In this document: positions 8,103 through 17,360 of the stretch, piece by piece
How positions within the stretch are numbered: the stretch's first letter is position 1
Layout of the letters: the number at the start of each line of letters is the position of its first letter
NCBI GenBank assembly: GCA_002070955.1
Contig: MWEK01000001.1
Span: forward strand, 80,103-144,102
Length of the DNA stretch: 64,000 nt
From: Planctomycetes bacterium ADurb.Bin069
Lineage (GTDB): Bacteria > Planctomycetota > UBA8108 > UBA8890 > UBA8898
Direction: 5' to 3'
The notes under the pieces: model-generated
The model's input: only the letters and a program-made list of their open reading frames with translations
Database searches by the model: none
Told to the model about the DNA's origin: nothing
Translations under genes and position numbers: made by a program

Positions 8103-8564
8103 TCAGTGCGTGCCGCGCTGAGACCGGTAGCAGTCCTGGCAGTACACGGGTCTGTCGGGCGCCGGCTCGAAGGGAACCTGCGCGACCTTTCCGCACGACG
8201 TGCACGTGATCTGCGTCATCTTCCGGGGCGCTTGCTCGCGGCGCCGAGGAGCACCGCGGCCATAGCCGCCGCCCCCGCCCCCGCCATAGCCGCCGCCGCC
8301 GCCGCCGCCATAGCCGCCGCCGCCATAGCCACCGCCGCCATAGCCACCGCCGCCGCCGCCGTAACCGCCGCCCCCACCACCGCCGCCGCCGCCGAAACGG
8401 CGCGGCGCCTGCCGGTGCTGCGTCCTGCGATTCTGGCGGCACTCAGGACAGCGTTTCGGCTCGGAGAAATTGCGGCTTGCGTAACGCTCCTGCTCCTCCG
8501 CTGAGAAGACGAAGGTCTGGTTGCAATCGCTGCACACCAACTCGACATCGGAATACTCGGACAT
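8103..8564 (-). CDS. double zinc-ribbon protein with glycine/tyrosine-rich low-complexity linker (CxxC-x17-CxxC family-like)
   Basis: 153 aa. N-terminal ribbon CSDCNQTFVFSAEEQERYASRNFSEPKRCPEC. About 45 aa of (G)nY repeats. C-terminal CTSCGKVAQVPFEPAPDRPVYCQDC (CxxC-x17-CxxC). Confidence 0.8.
   Translation of the reverse strand: MSEYSDVELVCSDCNQTFVFSAEEQERYASRNFSEPKRCPECRQNRRTQHRQAPRRFGGGGGGGGGGYGGGGGGYGGGGYGGGGYGGGGGGGYGGGGGGGYGRGAPRRREQAPRKMTQITCTSCGKVAQVPFEPAPDRPVYCQDCYRSQRGTH
8261..8394 (-). repeat. in-frame GGC/GGT-rich, TAT-punctuated repeat tract encoding the (G)nY linker
   Basis: The plus strand shows repeated CCATAGCCGCCGCC(GCC)n units. Coding, not intergenic. Confidence 0.8.
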
Positions 8565-8842
8565 GGGAAGAGAACCTCATGGGATTTGGACGGACGGTTT
8601 TCCCCCCCCCGAAAAACCATCGTGCGTCGGCAATTGAGCCATCGGTTGGGGCTGCGTCGCCTCACCGCGGGGAAGAAGGGCGTCTTGAGAACGGAGCAAA
8701 GTCATAACCGAGCCACGAATGCCGGAGCCTGCCCCACTAGGAAGGCTGCGTGCCACAGTCATTGTATCCGTCTTTTCGCACTTGCGCCACGCCGCCTCCG
8801 CGGCGGGGGGCAAACCTCCGGAAAGCACCGTCACCTTGCCGT

Positions 8843-9214
8843 CTACGGCGCGCTCGCCGGATCTTCCGGACGCAGCACGTACCTGTAGTCGCTTTCAAGC
8901 CTGGCGCTGAAGAAATACGGAATGATTCCGGGGAGCAGCCAAAAGAGGGACTCGTCGGCGCGGTACGAACTCTCCACGACGACGTTTTTGAGCGGCTTGT
9001 ACCCCGGTTTCTCGACCGTGACGTGGTAGACCTTCGGAAGGCCCGAACGGGATTGATAGGTCGTGGGTGTCTTTCCGATCGGCACGCCGTTGACGCTGAT
9101 GTCGGCATCGTCCGGTTCAGTGGTGAAGCGGGTGGACTGCGCGCAGCCGCTGCCGATCGCCGCGGCTGCCAGAAGTCCGATGGCCGCCCGCGCCAGAAAA
9201 GAGGTTCGAAACAT
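8843..9214 (-). CDS. PEGA-domain putative lipoprotein
   Basis: 123 aa. Signal peptide ending AAAIGSGC. ADISVNGVPIGKTPTTY...YHVTVEKPGYKP is a PEGA-like motif. Confidence 0.7.
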   Translation of the reverse strand: MFRTSFLARAAIGLLAAAAIGSGCAQSTRFTTEPDDADISVNGVPIGKTPTTYQSRSGLPKVYHVTVEKPGYKPLKNVVVESSYRADESLFWLLPGIIPYFFSARLESDYRYVLRPEDPASAP

Positions 9215-9290
9215 GGATCACATTCTCCCGTACAAAGTCAGCGCTTCCGCAACCCCGTCCCCGGACCGGGTTTCGGCCGCAACTGGGAGG

Positions 9291-9319
9291 AGAATACCTC
9301 TTCGGCGTCCGTAAGTCAA
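9291..9319 (-). promoter_or_regulatory. candidate sigma70-type promoter (TTGACT-17 nt-TATTCT) for the PEGA lipoprotein gene
   Basis: The minus strand reads gcaTTGACTtacggacgccgaagaggTATTCTcc. -35 at 9319..9314 and -10 at 9296..9291. Confidence 0.45.
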
Positions 9320-10072
9320 TGCCCGTTCTGTCATCCGGCGCGCCGGCCCTTGAGGCGGTTGAGCGGCAGCGTCGGGGACGAGGGGACTGAGCGTGGCGCC
9401 CAAGGACATTTGCCCGGACGGACACGCAACGACCGGTGGTTGACGGGCCGGCCGCCTTGCATGGCAACGCTGTCATGTCAATCAAGGCGTTGGACGCAGT
9501 CAAGGAGAAGACCGGGGCGTCGGCGGAAGCGGTCATGGCTGGGCTGACGCCTTCGCCATCGACCGGGCGACGGGCCGGGCAGGTGCGGCGCCGCGTAAGC
9601 ATTACCGGAGCGCCTGATATGCCGGGATGGCCATCGACGCGATAACGGCCCGCGTGTCCAGGGCGCGCGAGCCCGACTCGCCGGCCGGCGCGCATGCAAG
9701 ACCCGCGCTAAGGCGCGCGAGATCTCGCCGCCGAGCCGGTCGAGAATCGCGCCGGCGGTTTCGACGCTGGGCGGACATGGACCAAAGGAAGCCATCCACG
9801 CCGGTTTCCCGGCCTTGAAGTCCGCGCGACCACGCCGTCACTTGCGGAATCTCGGCCCCGACGAGCGGCAAGATCTTGCGGGACGCGACCGCTACTCTCG
9901 CGCCGGAGAGATCACTTGGGGTATGCGCGCCGTAGGCCGCGATGGAAACCTCGCGCACGCGCGCGCTTCCAAACCGCGCAGCAGCCTCCGCCCCCCTGTT
10001 GACAACCGCCCGAAAACCGTTACTGATGGAGCCGAAGTATCCGCCGAAACGGCGCGACTGGGAGGCGTTCAC

Positions 10073-10609
10073 ATGCGAGTTTTTCTCTTGAGGCACGGCG
10101 AGGCGCAGCCTGATGAGGATGTCCCGCGCGACGAGGACCGCGCCCTGACGGAGAAAGGCGAAACACGCCTCCACAAGGCGTGCCGCGGACTCCGGCGCCT
10201 GGAGGTGTTCCCGGAGCGTATCTTCACGAGTCCCGTCACGCGGGCGCTCCAGACCGCGCGGATCATTGCCGAGGAATTGGGGTTCGTCGAAGATATCGAG
10301 GCCGTTGAGGAGCTGGCGCCGGACGCCGAGCCCGAGGACATGGCCGAGGTTCTCAAGTCGCTGCGGCACGACCAGGTGATGCTCGTGGGCCATCAACCCC
10401 ATCTGGGACAGCTCGCCGCCCTCCTGATCACGGGCGAGACGCGGGGCAGGGTCGGCATCAAGAAGGGCGGGCTGGTCCGCATCGACATCGACGACTGGCG
10501 GGAAGACCCGCCGGGGCAGATTCGCTGGCTCTTGACGGTCAAGCAGCTCTCCTGGATGAAGAAGAAACAGAAGAAGGCCGGGGATGACGCGGGGGGGTCG
10601 GAAGAATAG
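10073..10609 (+). CDS. sixA: phosphohistidine phosphatase SixA
   Basis: ATG at 10073 follows GGGAGG. MRVFLLRHGEA (RHG motif), TSPVTRALQTA, LVGHQP. Short histidine-phosphatase fold. Confidence 0.8.
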   Translation: MRVFLLRHGEAQPDEDVPRDEDRALTEKGETRLHKACRGLRRLEVFPERIFTSPVTRALQTARIIAEELGFVEDIEAVEELAPDAEPEDMAEVLKSLRHDQVMLVGHQPHLGQLAALLITGETRGRVGIKKGGLVRIDIDDWREDPPGQIRWLLTVKQLSWMKKKQKKAGDDAGGSEE

Positions 10610-10624
10610 CGCCGGGGATCGTCG

Positions 10625-11248
10625 ATGACCCCGCTCGCCGCGGGCTTCGCCGTCCTGGGCGCCTATGTGCTGGGCGGCGTCCCTTTCAGCCTCCTCCTGG
10701 GATTCGTGCTCGGGCGCGTCGATATCCGCGCGCGGGGCAGCGGCAACGCCGGCGCCACGAACCTCGGCCGCGTGTGCGGCTGGCGCTACTTCCCCCTCGC
10801 CTTCGCGCTGGACTTCGGAAAAGGCTTCGCGCCCCTCGTTCTCGCCATGCCCGCCCTCGCGCAAGCGAGGATGGAGCATTCCTGGGTTCTCGCGGCGACG
10901 GTGATGCTGGCCTTGGCGCCTGTCGCGGGCCATATCTACAGCCCTTTCCTCAAGTTCCGCGGCGGCAAGGGCGTGGCGACTACGACCGGGGCGCTCGCCG
11001 CCCTGTTGCCCCTCGAGACCGCGGTCGCCGCCGCCGCCTGGTTCGCGGCGTTCGCCTTGACGCGCACCGTGGGCGTCGCCTCGTCGGTCGCCGCAGCGGC
11101 TCTCCCTCCCGCGTTCTTCCTTTGCCGCGCCCGACAGGCCGACGAAACGGCCTTCGTGGGCGGACTCTGCGTGCTTCTGTCCGCGCTGGTTTTGTACCGC
11201 CACCGGTCCAACCTCAGGGCGTATTTCAGGCGGCGAAGGTCCCGCTGA
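10625..11248 (+). CDS. plsY: glycerol-3-phosphate acyltransferase PlsY
   Basis: GSGNAGATN, FLKFRGGKGVAT and several TM helices. Confidence 0.9.
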   Translation: MTPLAAGFAVLGAYVLGGVPFSLLLGFVLGRVDIRARGSGNAGATNLGRVCGWRYFPLAFALDFGKGFAPLVLAMPALAQARMEHSWVLAATVMLALAPVAGHIYSPFLKFRGGKGVATTTGALAALLPLETAVAAAAWFAAFALTRTVGVASSVAAAALPPAFFLCRARQADETAFVGGLCVLLSALVLYRHRSNLRAYFRRRRSR

Positions 11249-11357
11249 CCAGGGCGACGGAACAGCGCTCCGCGCGCGAGCTCGCCTTCTCGAGCAGGGT
11301 GGTGTATCCTGACAAACGCCGGCCGGAGCGAGACCGAGCTCCGCGGAAAGGCAGGCC

Positions 11358-12197
11358 GTGAAGACGCGAAAAGCTTGCGCGCGAAGCTTCTACCCCGAGG
11401 CTTCAGCCCCGACGATCGAGGAATACGTGCGCGGTTTCGCGCCGCCGGCCCTTCCCGGCGCTTGCGCCGCGGTCGCGCCCCACGCCGGCTGGTTCTTCTC
11501 GGGCCGCACCGCGGCGCGGGTGTTCCTCACGCTGGCGCCGGCCGCCCCGGCGACGCTCGTCCTTCTCGGCGCCGTGCACCGCCGCCCCCTGGAAGGGCCG
11601 GCCGTCGATGCCGCCCAGGCTTGGGACACGCCGCTGGGACCAGTCGCCGTCGATACGGCCCTGCTGGCCGACCTGCGTCAGGCGGACATGGGCTTGGAGT
11701 TCGACCGCGATGCCCACGAAGGCGAGCACTCCATTGAGGTGTCGCTTCCCTTCGTGCGCCATTTCCTCCCCGAGGCGCGCATCGTGCCGATCGCCTGTCC
11801 GACCTTTCCGGGCGCGCCGGCCTTCGGCGCCGCGTTGGGCGCGGCGCTCAAAGGACGGCGCGCGGTCGTGGTCGCCTCCAGCGACCTCACCCACTACGGC
11901 GCGTCGTACGGTTCGGCCCCCCTCTCCGGCGATTCAGCGCAAACCCTCCGGCTGGTCCGCGAGAACGACGAGCGCATGCTCGCGCTGGTGCGCGAACTGC
12001 GGGACGACGCGATCCTCGCCGAGGCGCGCGCGCGCCACAACGCCTGCGGGGGCGGCGCCATCGCCGCCGCGGTGGCGGCGGCGCGAACCATGGGCGCGCG
12101 GGCCGGCATTGTCATCGAGTACCGCACCAGCCATGACAGCCTTCCGGAGCATCCGATCACCCGGATCGTGGGTTACGGCGGCGTCGTGATGGCGTGA
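11358..12197 (+). CDS. amrB: MEMO1 / AmmeMemoRadiSam system protein B family
   Basis: APHAGWFFSG, GEHSIEVSLPF, SSDLTHYG and NACGGGAI motifs. No AMMECR1 or radical-SAM partner is adjacent. Confidence 0.8.
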   Translation: MKTRKACARSFYPEASAPTIEEYVRGFAPPALPGACAAVAPHAGWFFSGRTAARVFLTLAPAAPATLVLLGAVHRRPLEGPAVDAAQAWDTPLGPVAVDTALLADLRQADMGLEFDRDAHEGEHSIEVSLPFVRHFLPEARIVPIACPTFPGAPAFGAALGAALKGRRAVVVASSDLTHYGASYGSAPLSGDSAQTLRLVRENDERMLALVRELRDDAILAEARARHNACGGGAIAAAVAAARTMGARAGIVIEYRTSHDSLPEHPITRIVGYGGVVMA

Positions 12198-12219
12198 GGC
12201 GGCCCTCCGGCCGCGGGCG

Positions 12220-12945
12220 TCAGCGCGCGAACAGCCGCAGGGCCGCGGCCGGATCGATGCGCCCCTCCAGGAGCGCCTTCCCGGCGACGACGCCCTCGAG
12301 GCCGGGGACGGCCGCGGCCTTGATCTTCTCCAGGTCCTCCATGGACCCGATGCCGCCCGCGCCCACGACGCGCATGCGCGTCTCGGCCGCCGCAGCCCGC
12401 CACAGCTCAACGTCCGGGCCCAGCAACGTTCCGTCGCGGTCGATGGCCGTCACGAGAATTCGCTCCAGACCCTGGGCGCGAAAACGCGCCCCCAGCGCCG
12501 CGGGATCCGCGTCGATGGTCGCGCGCCACGCATCGACGGCGAGCTTGCCGCCCTTGAAGTCCAGTCCCGGCATCACGCGCGCGGGCCCGGCGATCGCCAC
12601 CGCCCGCTCAAGGAACTCCGGATCCGCGAGAACCCGCGTCCCCAACAGGACCCTGTCCGCGCCGGCATCAAGGACCTCTCTCAGCCGCTCCTCGCTGCGG
12701 ATTCCCCCGCCCGCCTGCACGGGCACGCCCGCCCGCGCGATGATCGCCCGAAGCGCCGCGGTGCTGGGCGGCTCCCCGAACGCCGCGCCCAGGTCGACCA
12801 CGTGCAAGTAGCGCGCCCCGGCCTCGACGAGCATCGCCGCGTACCGGTCGGGGCTCGCCTCGTAAACGGATTCCTCGGCCAGTTCGCCCCGCACAAGGCG
12901 GACAAGGCGCCCGCCGCGCAGGTCAATTCCGGGAATGAGACGCAT
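12220..12945 (-). CDS. hisA: ProFAR isomerase HisA
   Basis: MRLIPGIDLRGGRLVRL...VQAGGGIRS...IDRDGTL. ATG at 12945 chosen within track ORF 12220..13017. Confidence 0.9.
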   Translation of the reverse strand: MRLIPGIDLRGGRLVRLVRGELAEESVYEASPDRYAAMLVEAGARYLHVVDLGAAFGEPPSTAALRAIIARAGVPVQAGGGIRSEERLREVLDAGADRVLLGTRVLADPEFLERAVAIAGPARVMPGLDFKGGKLAVDAWRATIDADPAALGARFRAQGLERILVTAIDRDGTLLGPDVELWRAAAAETRMRVVGAGGIGSMEDLEKIKAAAVPGLEGVVAGKALLEGRIDPAAALRLFAR

Positions 12946-12953
12946 GTCCGGCG

Positions 12954-13547
12954 TCACAGCGCGCCCTTGGTCGAGGGCACGCCGCCGTCCGCCGGCTCGA
13001 AGGCCCGAGCCAAACACATGCCGAGAGCCTTGAAGAGCGCCTCCAGCCTGTGGTGCGTGTCTTCTCCGGCCAGCAGGCGCGCGTGGAGCGTGATCCCTGC
13101 CGACCGGGCGAAGGCGATCAGGAACTCCCGCGCCAGACCCGCGTCGAAGTCGCGCGTCGCGCCCGCGGCGATGGCGGGATCGACATGGGCGCCGCCCCGG
13201 CCTGAAACGTCCACCACCACATGCGCGAGCGCTTCGTCCATGGGCGCCCAGGCGCTCGCGAAGCGGGCGATCCCCGGCGACGCGGCGGCCAACTGCCGAA
13301 ACGCGTCGCCGATGACGAGGCCCGCATCCTCGACGAGGTGGTGATAATCGACGTGAAGATCCCCCCTCGCATCGATCGCCAGGCCCCAGCGGCCGTGGAA
13401 GCTCGCCGCCGTAAGCAGGTGGTCGAAGAAGCCCACTCCGGTCGCCGCGCGCGTCTCGCGGCTGCCCAGGCGCAGGCGTACCTCGATCGTCGTCTCCTTC
13501 GTCGCGCGCGCCGCCTCGGCTTCGCGCGCGGATTCCGGCGTCGTCAC
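12954..13547 (-). CDS. hisB: imidazoleglycerol-phosphate dehydratase HisB
   Basis: TKETTIEVRL, GVGFFDHLL, DYHHLVED motifs. Confidence 0.9.
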   Translation of the reverse strand: MTTPESAREAEAARATKETTIEVRLRLGSRETRAATGVGFFDHLLTAASFHGRWGLAIDARGDLHVDYHHLVEDAGLVIGDAFRQLAAASPGIARFASAWAPMDEALAHVVVDVSGRGGAHVDPAIAAGATRDFDAGLAREFLIAFARSAGITLHARLLAGEDTHHRLEALFKALGMCLARAFEPADGGVPSTKGAL

Positions 13548-14614
13548 GGCCGTCCTCCCATGAGCTCGCCTATGACCGCCAGGAAGCGGTCGTTCTCTTC
13601 GCGCGTCCCGACGTTCACCCGGACCATGTGCCGTAATTCCTCGTCGCCTCCCGAGCGAACGAGAATGCCCCGTGCCTTCATCTCGGCTGCCAACGCCTCC
13701 GCGACGTAGGGGGTTTCGACGAGAAAAAAATTAGCGCGGGAGGGGAACGTCCGCACCCCCGCCATGCGGCCCAGCGCCGTCTGCACGCGCTCGCGTTCGG
13801 CGCACAGTTCTCTCACGCGTCCGCTGAAGAGATCGCGCCGCTCGAGCAGGACCTCCGCCGCGGTCGCGGTCAGAATGCCGATGTTGAAGGGCGGCACGAG
13901 TTTACGAATCTCGGCGGCCAAACCCGGATGCGCGAGCAGGTATCCGAGACGGATCCCCGCCGCGCTGAAGGCCTTGGAGAACGTCCTGGAGAGGATCACG
14001 TGTTCGCACGCGCCGAGGACATCGCGGCGATCCTCGCCCGCGAACTCCCGGTACGCCTCGTCGATCACGAGGACGCCGGGACACGCCGCCGCCACGGCCC
14101 GGACGCCGTCGCGGTCCATGAAGGAACCCGTCGGATTGTTGGGCGTGCATAGGAACGCGAGGGCGGGCCGCGCGGAAGCCATGGCCGCGCACCAGGCCTT
14201 CGGGTCGTAGGCGAAGTCCGGTCCGAAGGGAATCGCCGTCAACCGCGCGTCCGCGACGCCGGCAAGCAGCCGGTACAAGGCGAACCCGGGACGCGGCGCG
14301 CAGACCGCCTGCCCCTCCCGCACCGCCGCCGCCGCCACCGCCGCGAGCAGCAAGTTCGAGCCGGATCCGAGCACGACGCCCTCGACCGGCCAGTCGTTGA
14401 GCTCGGCCAACTTGGCGGCGACGCGGCCGGGCACCTCCTGCGCGTATCGGTTCCACGGCCGCGCCCCGAGGCGCGCGAAGATCTGCTCCTTGACCTCGGG
14501 CGGCACGTCCCACGGCGATTCGTTCTGGTTGAGCTTCACCGCCGCGGTCTCCTCCACCAGGCGGTAGGCCGGAACCGCGGCCACGGCGCGGCGCACGAGA
14601 TCCGACGGCTTCAT
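13544..14614 (-). CDS. hisC: histidinol-phosphate aminotransferase HisC
   Basis: MKPSDLVRR...KLNQNESPW...SRTFSKAFSAAGIRLGY. The ATG at 14614 overlaps the hisD stop (ATGA). The track ORF extends further upstream as an out-of-frame overlap with hisD. Confidence 0.9.
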   Translation of the reverse strand: MKPSDLVRRAVAAVPAYRLVEETAAVKLNQNESPWDVPPEVKEQIFARLGARPWNRYAQEVPGRVAAKLAELNDWPVEGVVLGSGSNLLLAAVAAAAVREGQAVCAPRPGFALYRLLAGVADARLTAIPFGPDFAYDPKAWCAAMASARPALAFLCTPNNPTGSFMDRDGVRAVAAACPGVLVIDEAYREFAGEDRRDVLGACEHVILSRTFSKAFSAAGIRLGYLLAHPGLAAEIRKLVPPFNIGILTATAAEVLLERRDLFSGRVRELCAERERVQTALGRMAGVRTFPSRANFFLVETPYVAEALAAEMKARGILVRSGGDEELRHMVRVNVGTREENDRFLAVIGELMGGRP

Positions 14615-15822
14615 GGCGCCGCCTCCGCCGCCCGCTCGGCGCTGCGCGCATGGGCCTCGAGGCCCTCGGCCCTGGCGAAGGCCGCAACGGCCCGCCCCCA
14701 CCGCCGCGCGTACGCGGCCGGCGTTTGCACGACGTGCGTGCAGCGCATGAAGTCGGCTGTGTCGAGGCCCGAACTGAACCGCGCGGTGCCGCCGGTGGGC
14801 AGCACGTGGCTCGGCCCCGCGAAGTAGTCTCCGAAACACACCGGCGTCGTGGCGCCCAGCATCACCGCGCCCGCGCGCCGGACACGGGCGAGCGCCGCGC
14901 GCGGGTCGCGCACCTTGAGCGCCAAATGCTCCGGAGCGACGGCGTCGGATGCCTCGACGGCCGCGGCGACGTCGGGGAAGCTCCGAAACGTACCCGGCTT
15001 CGCGAGCACCTGCGCGACATGGGGAGGCAGGCCTTCCCCGAGGCGCACGGCGGCGGCCTGCACCTCCGCCAGGGACGCCCCACAGGCCGCGAAGCAGAAC
15101 ACGCGGGCCTCCGGGTCGTGCTCGGCCTGGGCGAGCAATTCCGCCGCGACCGCTTCCGGCGCCGCCGTCGCGTCGAAGATGACGACGACCTCGCTCGGTC
15201 CGGCCAGAAAGTCGATGCCCACCGTGCCGTACAGCAGCTTCTTGGCGCAGGTCACGTAGGCATTCCCCGGACCCACGATCTTGTCCACCGCCGGGATCGA
15301 TTCCGTGCCGTAGGCAAAGGCGCCGATGGCTTGGACGCCGCCGACCTGGTACAGTTCATCGATGCCCGCGATGGCGCAGGCCGCGCAAACGAGCGGCGCC
15401 GCGCCCTCCGCCCCGGGCGGGCTGGCCACCGCGATCCGCGGCACGCCGGCCACCCCGGCCGGAATCGCCGCCATGAGCACGGTGGAGGGGTAGGCGGCGC
15501 GCCCGCCGGGGGCGTAGATGCCGACGCTGTCCAGGGCCGTCCACCGCCGGCCCAGGAGTTCGCCGTCAGGCCCCGTGAAGAATCCGTCCCGCGGGCGCGC
15601 TTCCTCGTGGAAGCGGCGGATGCGCTCCGCGGCCCCGTGCATTGCCGCGCGCACCGCGGGCGGCAGAGCGGCCTCCGCGCGGGCCAGAACATCGCGTTCG
15701 ACGCGCAGGCCGGCGATGCGCACGCCGTCGAACCGGAGCGTATACCGCCGCACGGCCGCATCGCCTTCGCGACGCACGGCCGCGAGGATCGCTGCGACTT
15801 CGCGTTCGCGCTCGTCGTCCAT
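14611..15822 (-). CDS. hisD: histidinol dehydrogenase HisD
   Basis: 403 aa. VGIYAPGGRAAYPSTVLM, AQAEHD, GDYFAGPSHVLPT. Confidence 0.9.
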   Translation of the reverse strand: MDDEREREVAAILAAVRREGDAAVRRYTLRFDGVRIAGLRVERDVLARAEAALPPAVRAAMHGAAERIRRFHEEARPRDGFFTGPDGELLGRRWTALDSVGIYAPGGRAAYPSTVLMAAIPAGVAGVPRIAVASPPGAEGAAPLVCAACAIAGIDELYQVGGVQAIGAFAYGTESIPAVDKIVGPGNAYVTCAKKLLYGTVGIDFLAGPSEVVVIFDATAAPEAVAAELLAQAEHDPEARVFCFAACGASLAEVQAAAVRLGEGLPPHVAQVLAKPGTFRSFPDVAAAVEASDAVAPEHLALKVRDPRAALARVRRAGAVMLGATTPVCFGDYFAGPSHVLPTGGTARFSSGLDTADFMRCTHVVQTPAAYARRWGRAVAAFARAEGLEAHARSAERAAEAAP

Positions 15823-15848
15823 CCGCGCGCCTCCCCCGCACCCGCGGG

Positions 15849-16718
15849 TCAGAGGATCACCTTATTCAAGGCGTACTCGATTATGTCGCGGGCGCCGGCG
15901 CGCTTCAGCTCCGGCACGAGATCGCGCACCTGGCGCTCCTTTAGCACCGTCTCCACCGCGTACCAGTCCTTTTCCCGCAGGCGGTTCACCGTGGGATCCT
16001 TCAAGGCGGGCAGCACCGCGAGCACCTTGGAAAGATCCGCGGCGTTCACGTTCATCTTCAACCCCACCATGCCCTGCGCCACGAGGGCGCCCTCGAGCAG
16101 CATGGCGAAGTTCTCGATCTTCCGGCGCTTGCCCGGATCCTTCAAGCTCTCCTTGCCGGCGATAAGCCGCGTGGTCGTTTCCAGGATCACGTCGATGATC
16201 CTGAGCTTGTTGGCGGCCAGCGAACGGCCGGTCTCGGTGATGTCGACGATCGCGTCGACGAGATCGGGCGCCTTCGCCTCCGTCGCGCCCCACGAAAACT
16301 CCACCTCGGCCTCGATGCGCCGCGCCGCCAGGTACCTCCGCGTGACGCCGACCAGCTCCGTCGCGATGCGCTTCCCTCGGAGATCCTCGACCGAACGGAT
16401 CGGCGAATCCTCGGGCACCGCGAGCACCCACTTGCACGCATTCATGCTCGCTTTGCTGTAGACCAGCTCCAGCACCTCCTCGACGTCGGCGCCCGTCTCC
16501 ACGACCCAATCGTGGCCCGTGATACCGATGTCGAAGACGCCCTGCACGACGTAGCGCGGGATCTCCTGGGCGCGCACCAGGCGCACCTGCAGCTCCTCGT
16601 CATCCACGGCCGGGGCGTAGGACCGCGGGCCGACGGTGAGGTTGAACCCCGCCTGGGCCAGCAACGCGAACGTCGCCTTCTCAAGGCTTCCCTTCGGAAG
16701 CGCCGCGCGAACCAGCAT
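15849..16718 (-). CDS. hisG: ATP phosphoribosyltransferase HisG (long form with regulatory domain)
   Basis: MLVRAALPKGSL...DIGITGHDW...DITETGRSL. ATG at 16718 is preceded by GGGAGG. Confidence 0.9.
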   Translation of the reverse strand: MLVRAALPKGSLEKATFALLAQAGFNLTVGPRSYAPAVDDEELQVRLVRAQEIPRYVVQGVFDIGITGHDWVVETGADVEEVLELVYSKASMNACKWVLAVPEDSPIRSVEDLRGKRIATELVGVTRRYLAARRIEAEVEFSWGATEAKAPDLVDAIVDITETGRSLAANKLRIIDVILETTTRLIAGKESLKDPGKRRKIENFAMLLEGALVAQGMVGLKMNVNAADLSKVLAVLPALKDPTVNRLREKDWYAVETVLKERQVRDLVPELKRAGARDIIEYALNKVIL

Positions 16719-16751
16719 CTGGAACCTCCCTTCGTAGCGCGGAGGGAGCAC

Positions 16752-17360
16752 CTATTCTACCGAAGGCGCCCGCCGCCGGAAGAGGCGCGCGCTCTTGGGC
16801 TCCGCCTCTTTCCAGGCCGCGATGCCCGCCCGCGCGCACAGGTTCTCCACGAAGGCGCGCCCGGCGCCGGAATCAGCCGTCTCCAATTCGATCTCGAACT
16901 CGTCGCCGCCGGGAAACGCCACCGCGTCCAGCGCCAGAAGTCCGGCGGGAAGCGCGTAGCAGCGCCGGTGCGTGCGGAGTTCGCCCGTGCAGGCCAGGCG
17001 TGCGGCCGCAATTCCGGCGAGAGCCTTGCGCGCCAGGGGCATGGACAGCGCCGCCAGGAAGCCGCCCGGGTCGGCGCGGAGCGCAGCGGTCTCGGCGGCG
17101 GTCAATTCGCGCTCCTCCTCGTCGGCGACGATGAGCCCCGCCTCGATCCGTTCGGCGATCTTGACGGCGAGCACCGCCCGTTCCGCGCCATCGAGGACCC
17201 GCAGGCGCACGAGCGCGCCGCGCCCCTGCAGGTCCAACTCCGGAGTGTCGAAGTACCAGTTCCGCTGGCGTTCGACCCGGGCCGGCGCGCCCAGAAGCGC
17301 CGCGAGCGCATCCAGCGCCCGCCGGTCGGACACGCGGTACTTGAGCTCTTCCTCACGCAT
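16752..17360 (-). CDS. CYTH-domain (triphosphate tunnel metalloenzyme) protein
   Basis: The N-terminal EEELKYRV fits the ExExK signature. About 200 aa with alternating charged beta-strands. The start overlaps the queD stop by 8 nt. Confidence 0.6.
   Translation of the reverse strand: MREEELKYRVSDRRALDALAALLGAPARVERQRNWYFDTPELDLQGRGALVRLRVLDGAERAVLAVKIAERIEAGLIVADEEERELTAAETAALRADPGGFLAALSMPLARKALAGIAAARLACTGELRTHRRCYALPAGLLALDAVAFPGGDEFEIELETADSGAGRAFVENLCARAGIAAWKEAEPKSARLFRRRAPSVE

Noticed and set aside
8261-8394. Dense short tandem repeats (CCATAGCCGCCGCC…) that might be taken for an intergenic microsatellite or CRISPR-like array
   Set aside because: The tract is in frame inside a well-supported CDS and encodes the Gly/Tyr linker. 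The units are irregular in length and there are no spacers.
9195-9215. GGTTCGAA motif resembling a tRNA T-loop
   Set aside because: It lies inside the first codons of the PEGA lipoprotein gene (MFRTSF on the minus strand) and has no surrounding cloverleaf.
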